A stretch of 63,472 bases of DNA, filler included, from Octopus bimaculoides (lineage: Eukaryota), in assembly GCF_001194135.2 (NCBI RefSeq). It is 6 parts of 5 records of this genome, joined end to end, with 100 filler letters (N's around TTAATTAATTAA, not from the genome) between each part and the next. Parts side by side here need not be neighbours in the genome. Positions count along the whole stretch, not along the records: positions 49,299 to 62,172 come from NC_068993.1; positions 62,273 to 63,472 come from NC_068983.1; 4 more parts are not named here. One strand, 5' to 3'. The notes beneath the pieces were generated by a model. The model was not told the origin of the DNA. It did not search any database and saw only the letters and a list, made by a program, of their open reading frames with translations. Positions 52,988-63,472 of the stretch are shown one piece after another. How positions within the stretch are numbered: the stretch's first letter is position 1; each line of letters opens with the position of its first letter. The position numbers and the translations under genes were made by a program.

Positions 52988-54255
52988 CAGGGTTGGACAA
53001 AATAATGGGAACAACCTTAAAATTTCAAACAAATTTATTTTTATGTGTAGGACCGTGTTTGGCAGTAATTACAGCTTGAATTCTACGAGGTATGGTCTCA
53101 TACACAGTTGGAATTGTTTCCAAAGCAATTTTAGTCCAGTCTTCAGCTAAAACAATCTTCAGTTCTAGTAGTGATGATGGTGGAGGATATCGACTCCTTA
53201 CTTGTTTTTCTTATATGCACCATAAATGTTCAATAATATTGAGATCTGGGGACTGTGGTGGTCAGATAAGATGTTCAACTTCACTAGAATGTTCCTCGTG
53301 CCATTCAGTCACAACTTTAGCTGTGTGAATTGGTGTATAATCATCATGAAAGATTGCGTTTCCCTCCAGAAATAGTTCCACAACCATAGGATGAATTTGA
53401 TCAGATAACATGCTTAAATAGTCTTGACTATTAATTCTGACATGAAGGGAAACCATTGGGGTGGCAAATTTCCAAGATATAGCCCTCCCAGATCATTACA
53501 GATCCTCCTCTATGTTTAACAGTTGTAAGAAGGCAGTCTGGGTCAAATTGATTCTTTTGGCTGTCTCCACACGTATACTAGGCCGGTGGTTGGACATAAG
53601 GTAAAGTATGATTCAGCCGAGAAAAATTGTTCTACTGCTCTAGGGATCAATTCTGTAGGTTTTTACTTCACTCTAAACGCTTTGCAACGTTTGTTTTTGG
53701 ATGTAGTGGTTTTCTGATTGTAGCCCTCCCGTGAAATCCGGCTTGTGCAGCTCCCGGCGAACAGTTTTTATGGAAACTGGGTTCTCGAGGTAGTCATTGA
53801 GCTCTGCAGTAATTTTGGGAACTGTACTTTTGTGATCCTTTCTAACAATTCTAACGGTCTCTTAACGTTTTGGAATTCTTGGATTTCTTCCGGAATTTTG
53901 TTTCGACGAGGAGGTTTTTTCACTCTTTTGCAAAGGCTGTCATTACTTCGATACAGTACTTCTTGATACACCAAACATTTCAGCCGTTTTCGTAACGCTA
54001 GCGCCTGCCATACAAACACCAACTATTTGATCTCTTTGAAAGTCCGATAGATCTTTCATTTTAATGAATTTTAATTACCTTATTCTGATGATATCTGAAA
54101 AAAAAACCCCAGGAATTTTAGCAAAGCATATAAAGCAACACTAATAATAAATTAAAAAAAAACATAACAATAAACAAGCTTTTGACGGTTTTATAAATAT
54201 TTCAAAATTATGATGCTATGATGCTAGGTGCTTCCATTGTTTTGTCCAACCCCTG
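52988..54255 (-). mobile_element. Near full-length decayed Tc1-like transposon with DD36E spacing
   Basis: TIRs cagggttggacaaaataatgggaacaacct and cagggggttggacaaaacaatggaagcacct-like, TA flanks. Minus-strand remnant FHDDYTPIHTAKVVTEWHEEHSSEVEHLI*PPQSPDLNIIEHLW, with stops and frameshifts. Confidence 0.9.
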
Positions 54256-54575
54256 TATATACTGTGTAGGTCTATGCACTAACGCGCACATACATATGCA
54301 TATATGTGCATCGGCATACATATACATAGAACCATTTACACCTTTTAAAAACCTTACACTACTACACTGTATTTGTTTCCAATGCAACACATATGCACGA
54401 AACACATATGCTATGGTAAACGTATTTTCTGGGATTGGTGAAAGCATACACATTATGAAACTAGAATTAATGATGTAAATTTATGCTTGATCGTTTTCTT
54501 TCATTGAAATACAAAATTGAGAAACACCGCTTTATTCATATATTTCTATGTGTATCTTACGTAAATGTGTTTTAG

Positions 54576-54715
54576 ATTGCAGTTTGAAATAAAAGAATAC
54601 TGTAATGACGATTACTACGGTTCAACATGCGATGTCCATTGTATAGAACGGGATGATGACGATGACGGCCATTATACATGTGAAAAACATTCAGGAAAGA
54701 AAATCTGTTATCCAG
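54576..54715 (+). CDS. Coding exon encoding most of a DSL (Delta/Serrate/LAG-2) domain; divergent Delta-like protein
   Basis: Acceptor tgtgttttag| at 54575 (alternative cag| at 54582), donor cag|gtaag at 54715/54716 (phase 1). Translation LQFEIKEYCNDDYYGSTCDVHCIERDDDDDGHYTCEKHSGKKICYPG has the DSL pattern C-x3-YYG-x2-C-x3-C-x2-RDD-x-GHY-x-C-x-G-x-K-x-C-x2-G(W). Confidence 0.88.
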
Positions 54716-54738
54716 GTAAGCGAGAGAGAAAAAGAATG

Positions 54739-54740
<2 letters not shown>

Positions 54741-54831
<91 letters not shown>
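54741..54831. repeat. (GA)n microsatellite just downstream of the DSL exon donor
   Basis: Direct reading; similar (CT)n at 10027-10112. Confidence 0.95.
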
Positions 54832-54834
<3 letters not shown>

Positions 54835-57800
54835 GTGAGCTAGTAGTAGAATTCAATAACTATTCAAATTTCATTATCTATTCGGTATTCAAGTTATTTA
54901 TCATTCAGTAACAAAGAATCCTTATTGGACATTTTTATACATGTTATTTAATTTATATATCATAATCTATGTGTTTCTGATAAAAATTGGTGATTCCCGT
55001 GGAGTGATAGAAATATTCCTTGGTGATATCAGTCAATAATAAACCCAGTTTCCGTTTTCAGGAGAAACATTTACATTTTAACCACGTCGTTAATGATAAA
55101 TTTGAAGACAAATTTATCACACTATCCATAAATCTTGATATCTAACAGTTATATGATAAAACGATATGTGCATGGTGAATCTGGGTAATGAATATGATGA
55201 CATGGATATTCATTCTTAATACTTTTCGGTAGATTAGAACGTGAATAACCTAATCGGTGTTCAGACATCAGAAGACAATACAAAAAATTTGTTTACTAAA
55301 TCCTATGAGCAAAGCCAAAAACTGTTACTAAATTCATTAACCCGGGTTTGATTTGGTCCAGGAGTCACACAACAAGGTCAAAACACTAGTGTGTCCTTAA
55401 CCTAACGAAGAGAGTGAATCATGGATACATATTCGTCTAAAAAGTGTTAAAATGCTGTTTGCTAATGACGAAATAAAACAGCGATTAGCATATTCGCGTT
55501 CGAATCTATCTCAACGTATAAAGAAAGAAATTATGTCATCGGAACATGTATCAAATATATCTTAAAGTTATAAGATACGCCCTATATCATGAATAGAGAA
55601 ATTCTACTTCAAAATCTGTGTTGTTTAAATACACTGTATAGTACCATTAAAACATATGCTATTCATTTTATATAGCAACTTTATGCTAGTGTCTACGTTA
55701 CCATCATCAAATGAATTGTATATCCTACTTTAGCCGTTATGATAGAATAATATCATTTTGTGTTATGTTTTGACAGCTGTACTACAATAACTGCCATACA
55801 ATTTAGATTTATCTTTCTAGACAGTCGTAATGACAGGATATATAAGCGATATTTTCGTATGAGGAATTAGTTATTTAGTATGACTAGAAACGTGTGAAGT
55901 TCATATAATTTATAGTAAGTGTGAACTTGGCAATGTAAACAAAATGACTCAGTTAAAGACAAAATAACGCACATTTCTCGACGATGAACAACCGTACGTT
56001 TTATTACTACATGTTGCGAAACAGTAAACCTACACTGCGATATGGAAATGGTAGCTAATGGCCTCGAGAAATAGATGGATATTACAGTATCGTTTAACGT
56101 TGCTGAAATATAGGAATTTACTATGGATTATTGTATGCATATGAATCTCGTCCCATACTTTTAGGCTTATCGACTGAGTAGCATAACATGTAAAAAGTTG
56201 CATACATAAGTTCGCAAAATTTTCTTCTAAAACTAAACAGAAATACATTTTCTGATGTATGAGTATATATTCGACCATACAGAGCAATCCAACAATATAA
56301 TACTATCTGATACACGAATATCTTGAATTATATAGAGGCTTCAGGAAGAAAGATCACATATTTGGATATTTTGCATAAAGGTAATTGAATGATAAATGTT
56401 TACTGTTAGATATCTCAAAAACTAGATATCTCAAAAGAACTGTTTGTTAGATGAAAGTTGGAATCATAAACATTTTCCTCCTGAATATCGAATGCATTGT
56501 GTGTTGAGATATTGCAGAAAAATATATTTCCCGATAGACTTTCTGTATATACAGAGATGTACATACAAAACTTTTTGCATACATACATACATACATAGAC
56601 ACATATAGGCACACAGCGACACATTCATATGTGCACTTTTTGTTTAATTTGTGTTAGAAAAACATAAAAGTGCTCTATGTACATTTTTCTTGGAAGTGCG
56701 TAAAGTCTGCTCAATGTTTATTCATATCTAAATCAAACAAGCTTACAATGTAATCCTGTTTACTGTTTCTGTATCAGTTGTAGATTTGGCAAATAAAGAA
56801 CGGGAAAAAATATGTTACCCACAAAAGAGCATATGAATTGATTGTTCGTCATGGCTTGGAATATTTTGTAAAAAAAAGTTTACGTATGCTACACACTTTA
56901 TATTCATATATGATGCAAAACTAATTCTACATGCGTGTGTGCGTGCGCGCGCGTATCTGCTGGCATTAAACATCGTAGTATGGTTAAGGGGCTCGCTTTG
57001 CAACTAGTTCAATCCCACTGCGCGGCATCTGTATAAGAGACTCCTGCTGAAGCCTTGGGCCGACTAATGCCTCCTAAGTGAATTTGGTAGGCACAAAATG
57101 TGTGGAGCCCGTCGTTTATATATATATATATATAGTAAAATAAGGATTCATATACAATCAGGTACTTGAAAAGATATGCACCAGTTAGGGTTAGATAAAC
57201 NNNNNNNNNNNNNNNNNNNNNNNNNNNNNNNNNNNNNNNNNNNNNNNNNNNNNNNNNNNNNNNNNNNNNNNNNNNNNNNNNNNNNNNNNNNNNNNNNNNN
57301 NNNNNNNNNNNNNNNNNNNNNNNNNNNNNNNNNNNNNNNNNNNNNNNNNNNNNNNNNNNNNNNNNNNNNNNNNNNNNNNNNNNNNNNNNNNNNNNNNNNN
57401 NNNNNNNNNNNNNNNNNNNNNNNNNNNNNNNNNNNNNNNNNNNNNNNNNNNNNNNNNNNNNNNNNNNNNNNNNNNNNNNNNNNNNNNNNNNNNNNNNNNN
57501 NNNNNNNNNNNNNNNNNNNNNNNNNNNNNNNNNNNNNNNNNNNNNNNNNNNNNNNNNNNNNNNNNNNNNNNNNNNNNNNNNNNNNNNNNNNNNNNNNNNN
57601 NNNNNNNNNNNNNNNNNNNNNNNNNNNNNNNNNNNNNNNNNNNNNNNNNNNNNNNNNNNNNNNNNNNNNNNNNNNNNNNNNNNNNNNNNNNNNNNNNNNN
57701 NNNNNNNNNNNNNNNNNNNNNNNNNNNNNNNNNNNNNNNNNNNNNNNNNNNNNNNNNNNNNNNNNNNNNNNNNNNNNNNNNNNNNNNNNNNNNNNNNNNN

Positions 57801-58489
57801 NNNNNNNNNNNNNNNNNNNNNNNNNNNNNNNNNNNNNNNNNNNNNNNNNNNNNNNNNNNNNNGGAAATTACTGTGAAAATGACCGTTATTAAGACAAAAG
57901 AACTACTGGAATGGCCGCTAAGTAAGGGTAGGAAGTAAAGGTAAGGGAGTAAAAAAGTTCATAGCAAAGGATAAAAAACAAATAATAGACTCGAACTCTT
58001 CCGTCCTCCCACCGAGGGCCATATCACAAAATAAGATCTGTGTTTAACTACACGGTCTATCTCATGTCAGGCTTCTCAGTGAAAACCACAGACTGTACTT
58101 TATGAGGAGTCAAAGCATACTCCATTACCTGCTGCTAGCTACCTTGTAACCCATTTATATATGTTCATTATCGGTAGAGTGTGGTCGTTGACCAACCCGG
58201 TTCCCTATGGAGGTTTTGCAGAGTGAGATTGCTCCTTATTGGTTGATGGGGACCTGCTACTGATAACCACTCAATCCGTTTGTAGCCGACGATTAAACCA
58301 ATCTCTTACTCTGCTTGCCCTGTGAAGAGTGTGTGGATACATAGCAGGATTTCAAAACTCACATAAAATCTATCAAATGCGGATGAGCTCTTTGAGAGTC
58401 AAACACTACAGTTCTGGTGAGAAATAAAAGGCAAGTTAACAAAATATGCTAATACATTATCGGTAAAAAATATACAAAATAGGGAAAAA

Positions 58490-58907
58490 TAATTGATTAG
58501 CGAAATGGAAAATCCCTTAACATTGCTTCTTTCACAATGCAGCTAAAAATACATTTGCTAAACTCTTGTATAAATGTATGTATGTATGCATATATGTATG
58601 TACGTATGTATATTAGTATGTATGTATCTATAATTGATTAGCGAAATGGAAAATCCCTTAACATTGCTTCTTTCACAATGCAGCTAAAAACACATTTGCT
58701 AAACTCTTGTATAAAGTATGTATGTATGCATATATGTATGTATGTATGTATATTAGTATGTATGTATCTATAATTGATTAGCGAAATGGAAAATCCCTTA
58801 ACATTGCTTCTTTCACAATGCAGCTAAAAATACATTTGCTAAACTCTTGTATAAATGTATGTATGTATGCATATATGTATGTATGTATATTAGTATGTAT
58901 GTATCTA
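58490..58907. repeat. Tandem triplication, unit 140-141 bp
   Basis: taattgattagcgaaatggaaaatccc starts at 58490, 58631 and 58771; only a few differences between copies. Confidence 0.95.
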
Positions 58908-60906
58908 TATGTGAACTTATGTACATGTATGTTTACACGCATATATCTCAAATAGTTATTTTAAGCATTATTGTAGAGGCTTGCATAGATTGCAGCTTAT
59001 TATACACTGAGCTTATACATTAAAAAGGAGGAAAACTGTTGTGGCATTTGTGATTTATCTATAAATATTTATACATATATATTCATGATTTCTGCCAGTC
59101 ACCACTGGTAAAACTGTTAAGAGCGTCGTACAAAATAACGTATGTTTTCTTGTTTACTACTCTTAGAGTTCTATCTTTAAATTTTTGCTTATTTCTATAG
59201 TATCGTTTCTCTACAAAAATCTTTAAGCACCTGTCAATTTAATTAGTATAATTTACCAGAGCCTTGAAGGTGTCGCTTCCTATTGGTTACAGTCCAATGA
59301 CTGAAGTGAATAACAGTTTGAAATAGCAGCCAAATTTCTCTCAAACCACACCTTACAGTATAGAAAATGTAAGGACAAATTGAATGAGGTAGTTATGTGT
59401 ACACGATTTCTGAAACGGAAGTCAAGATTTTCATGTGTTGAATTACTCTAAACGTAGATTAGCTCAGTAAAAGTCGACTTGGGGTTGTTAGATAATGGTT
59501 TCTTTATTAGGCACAAAACCAGCACGTTTTGAGAAGAAGGTATTAGTCGAAGACATGGACTTTAGTAACTATCTGGTATTTTATTTTATCGACCTCGAAA
59601 CGATAGAAAGCAAAACTGATCTTCAGAGGGTTTGAAATCAGAACGTAAAGAGGCGGAAGAAATACCACGATGCATCTTGACTTGAGTTTAAATAATTCTT
59701 TCAAAATTTTGCATAAAGCTAGCAGTTTCGAAGGGAGAGACAAATTAATACCATTGATCACAGCATTCGACTGGTATTTTATATTATCAGCCCCAAAATG
59801 ATGAACAGTAAAGCTTATCTCGGCGGGATTTGAACTCAGAGCCGGTAGAAATGCCACTAGGCATTTTGACCGAAGTGCAAACCACGCTGCCAACTCACCC
59901 TCTTCTTGGAACTAAATAACGATTTCCTAAACACCTAACATGTAAGTCATGAGACAATCAAGGAGACTCTACACGGTCAGAGGATCTGCTAGAAAGAACA
60001 GCCAAATTGTTAACGAATCAATACGTCCGAACAGAAAAGCTGAAAAGACACAACCTGTACTTCTAGGTATGACAAATCATTAATAGAATGAGATATTTAT
60101 GACTGGAACGTTTCAGGTCGTAACGCTACTCAGAGGTGGACTTTGGCTAACAACAACAGCAATCACGTTGGTCATATCTTATTTAGTCATATGTTACAAA
60201 ATAAAAAAAAAAAAGATCCAAATTGCGGATTCGATTATAGTTCGGAGTGAGATGAAGAAACTTCATATCACGAACTTAGAGACTCTTTTCTGATTCCTTG
60301 ACTTCCCTCAAACTAAATTATATCATGAAGCCATGCTATTCGGATAACCAATTTATATATGCTTATTGCTAAATTTCATAGCCAAGGGACTTAAGAGGTC
60401 GGAGTACTCTCAAGAAGTATGGAGCTCAAATCATCTGAGTGGCATATAGCACATGCGTTTACAGATATGAACTCGAGAAGTGTCAAGAATCGAGTTGCAT
60501 GTTAGGAGGCCTCTGAGGTGGGATGTGACGTTATCTGACAAGATAAAGCTTTGCCAAATGGTAGTACGGTGATTTTATATAAAAATTACTTTAAAGTTTC
60601 TAACTGTGGAAAGTTCAAGAGTTTTCATACTTTTCCCTCTCACCCCACTTTCTCTCATTCTGTCATTCTCTTTTCCATTCTCACTCTCTCTCCCCCTCTC
60701 TCTCTTTCTAAGCTTCTCTCTATTTATATCTGAGAATGCGTGAGTGTGCGCGTGAAATCTATGTCTATCTTAATTCTTGGTCTGAGAATCGCTAATAAGA
60801 GATCTTACAAGTCATTTTATACATGTATTCCCATATAAATCCTATTAGTAATGAAACATTTGTAATAACGAATGAATAACAACAAAAGCTTTCCAGTTCT
60901 CTATTT

Positions 60907-60948
<42 letters not shown>

Positions 60949-62046
60949 ATAAAATATTTAACATATATATATATATGTGTGTGTGTGTGTACGTGTGCGT
61001 GTGCGTATGTGTGTTTGTGTTAATGTATGGACNNNNNNNNNNNNNNNNNNNNNNNNNNNNNNNNNNNNNNNNNNNNNNNNNNNNNNNNNNNNNNNNNNNN
61101 NNNNNNNNNNNNNNNNNNNNNNNNNNNNNNNNNNNNNNNNNNNNNNNNNNNNNNNNNNNNNNNNNNNNNNNNNNNNNNNNNNNNNNNNNNNNNNNNNNNN
61201 NNNNNNNNNNNNNNNNNNNNNNNNNNNNNNNNNNNNNNNNNNNNNNNNNNNNNNNNNNNNNNNNNNNNNNNNNNNNNNNNNNNNNNNNNNNNNNNNNNNN
61301 NNNNNNNNNNNNNNNNNNNNNNNNNNNNNNNNNNNNNNNNNNNNNNNNNNNNNNNNNNNNNNNNNNNNNNNNNNNNNNNNNNNNNNNNNNNNNNNNNNNN
61401 NNNNNNNNNNNNNNNNNNNNNNNNNNNNNNNNNNNNNNNNNNNNNNNNNNNNNNNNNNNNNNNNNNNNNNNNNNNNNNNNNNNNNNNNNNNNNNNNNNNN
61501 NNATATATATATATATATATATATACATATACGTATATATATATATATATACACAAACACACACACAAAGATATGTATATGTTGCCTGCTGTTTTATTTT
61601 TGTTACTCTGATATTAAATTTTATGAGGCTTTCCTACAGTTGCTTGACGCCTTCTAGAGCTCCATTATGATGGGGGTATCGTCCCCATATATGGGGTTTT
61701 GTGGTATGTTAATGATTTAGGGCCACTTTTGATCTCTGTTGTCACCATGAAGAACAAAGCATGAGCCCTAAGTTGAAAACAATAGTTACGTAAAATTTTT
61801 TATTATACATTTTTGCATTTGAGACAGCGAAAGAAAGCTTCTCTTGTATACTACAACATGACAACTAACGTATTAAAGAAATTACAACATTTATGTAGTT
61901 TATTCTGAAACTAGAAATAATATAGCGTTACACATAGGCTTACAATTATGTGTGGCTATAGGAAATCTGCTGCAGAAAAAACAACAAGCATAGTAGTAAC
62001 CGAATGTATATATACATACATATCTATCTGTCTGCCTGCCTGTCTG

Positions 62047-62124
<78 letters not shown>

Positions 62125-62272
62125 CCTTTCTCTGTCTCTCCTTCTCCCCCTGTCTCTCTCGGTATATATATANNNNNNNNNNNNNNNNNNNNNNNNNNNN
62201 NNNNNNNNNNNNNNNNTTAATTAATTAANNNNNNNNNNNNNNNNNNNNNNNNNNNNNNNNNNNNNNNNNNNN

Positions 62273-62500
62273 TATAGCAGTACGTACGTTTCGTACAAAC
62301 TTCATTTATTAATGTAGTGAGAACACCACATAAGATGTTAAATGAAAATGTACTCAGCTGCATAATGACACATCTACAAAATTACTTTCTGAAATGAACT
62401 TCCATTATGCAGCTGAGGAGTACATTTACATTGCACATCTTATGCAGTGTTCTCACTACATAAATAAATGAAGTTTGTACGAAACGTACGTACTGCTATA
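62273..62500. mobile_element. Fold-back element (about 96-bp arms) with two divergent HHR copies; probable Penelope-like terminal repeat
   Basis: 62273-62368 is the reverse complement of 62403-62500. The left copy has a 3-nt deletion in the core (CTGAGTAC vs CTGAGGAGTAC). The left end abuts an N spacer. Confidence 0.62.
62406..62500 (+). ncRNA. Type I hammerhead ribozyme motif with canonical core, extended stem II and palindromic stem III
   Basis: Stem I TAT-GCAG/CTGC-t-ATA, core CTGAGGA (62413-19), stem II GTACA...TGTAC (G10.1-C11.1) enclosing 51 nt, GAAA (62481-84), stem III ACGTACGT (self-complementary), GTA triplet (62490-92). Confidence 0.75.
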
Positions 62501-63472
62501 ACCCAATGCATTTTTGTTGCTTTTCTTCAAATTTTATTCAACCAAATTCTGGTGCCTCAAACATTTTAAGTACCACATTTAATCGTTTGATTAAATCTAT
62601 ACTATTATATATATATACATACATATATACCTACATACACTGCCATATTTGTACATAATAATAAAATAATTAAAGGAAAGATGCAATTAAATCAAAGGGA
62701 TAACCTTGGAAAAATGCCGGTCGTACATAGGAAATGAGTAAAACGTTCAGCGTTCATGAATTTACTTGTGTCACATAGTGTTCCTGGTGCTCAGATGAGT
62801 TTCTAAAGCATATAAATGAAATGCCACAAAAAGATGTTTCATTTATAAAACGTGTCGGATAAAATGGAGATATACTCTCAGCGGCTATTTGCGTAGTCTA
62901 TGAGCGTTCACAACAGTTTGTAATTCACCGAGTAAGTTCATGAATTCAGAATAATTGTTGCCATCCTCATACTAAAAAAATTATTCATTTGTCTATTTTC
63001 TCCACAACATTTTATTAAATCTATTCCTCATCATTTCATCTAATATAATCTCATCATTTGAATAGGCAAACGCGAATACAGAATGTCCGATTTCCTGTTA
63101 ATTATCTGCTTACTTCTTTACATTAATGCTTAACTATATTTCTTTATAATAAACCATAGTACTTATTTGGATTTGGAACCTATAGTCAACTGTGGAATAC
63201 ATGAGGTGAGTGTTACCCTGTGTGACTTTGAATACGGGTTGTGTATTCTGTTAGTACTTTTGAATGTGCGCGTAACTGGAATGATAAATCCGTATTTACT
63301 TTAGTAAGTACCTATATGTCTTTACACATTGCTAGAGCATTGGTGCGGTATCCTCGACTCTACCTTGGTGCTTTTACCATTTGAATACCTGATTCTATCA
63401 GATCCTGAAAATGTTATTATATATAATTTTATTACATATATATAAGTGTGTGTGTGTGTGTGTGTGTGTGTG

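Noticed and set aside
56776-56835. Acceptor-like site followed by EKICYP, echoing KKICYP in the DSL exon
   Set aside because: Splicing from 54715 would give Val in place of the conserved Gly-Trp and a stop soon after; short AT-rich match, probably chance.
58379-58420. CGGATGA-GCTCT-TTG-AGAGT-CAAAC, hammerhead-like
   Set aside because: Two core mismatches, no stem I and no inverted partner; could be chance or too decayed to call.
58490-58907. Regular repeats considered as a CRISPR-like array (also 17755-17965)
   Set aside because: Whole units are duplicated with no unique spacers, and the context is eukaryotic with no cas genes.
1-63472. Most ORFs in the six-frame track (poly-His, poly-Ile, YIYI, CVCV, ERER, SLSL, X-filled)
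   Set aside because: They are translations of microsatellites or N gaps, with no domain signal or splice context.

Overview
Eukaryotic, AT-rich, microsatellite-dense, gapped genomic DNA. The SINE families and simple-repeat load look like an octopus genome (inference, no search run). There are no prokaryotic features, and nearly all entries in the ORF track are microsatellite, gap or transposon artefacts. I can support two genuine coding exons. (1) A 78-nt minus-strand exon at 17039-17116 (EEYEISPDEKRPCIAQMVFDKYLSSE) from the RGS-homology domain of a GRK4/5/6 (Gprk2)-type kinase, so much of the left part is probably giant GRK intron. (2) A plus-strand exon at 54576-54715 encoding a divergent DSL (Delta/Serrate/LAG-2) domain. 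The rest is tRNA-derived SINEs, RTE, CR1-like and R4/Dong-like LINE remnants, five IS630-Tc1-mariner relic types (DD41D, DD37D x2, DD36E, mariner x2), hairpin elements and assembly spacers. The most notable observation is four sequence-unrelated fold-back elements (about 15.5, 39.7, 48.8 and 62.4 kb). Each carries type I hammerhead-ribozyme or hammerhead-like motifs arranged back-to-back and pointing outward, with palindromic stem III. One also has a 145-nt HHR-to-HHR tandem unit. This fits Penelope-like terminal repeats or retrozyme-like elements; activity and novelty are untested. There is also a visible shift from CpG-poor to CpG-richer DNA near 45.6 kb, which coincides with a scaffold spacer.
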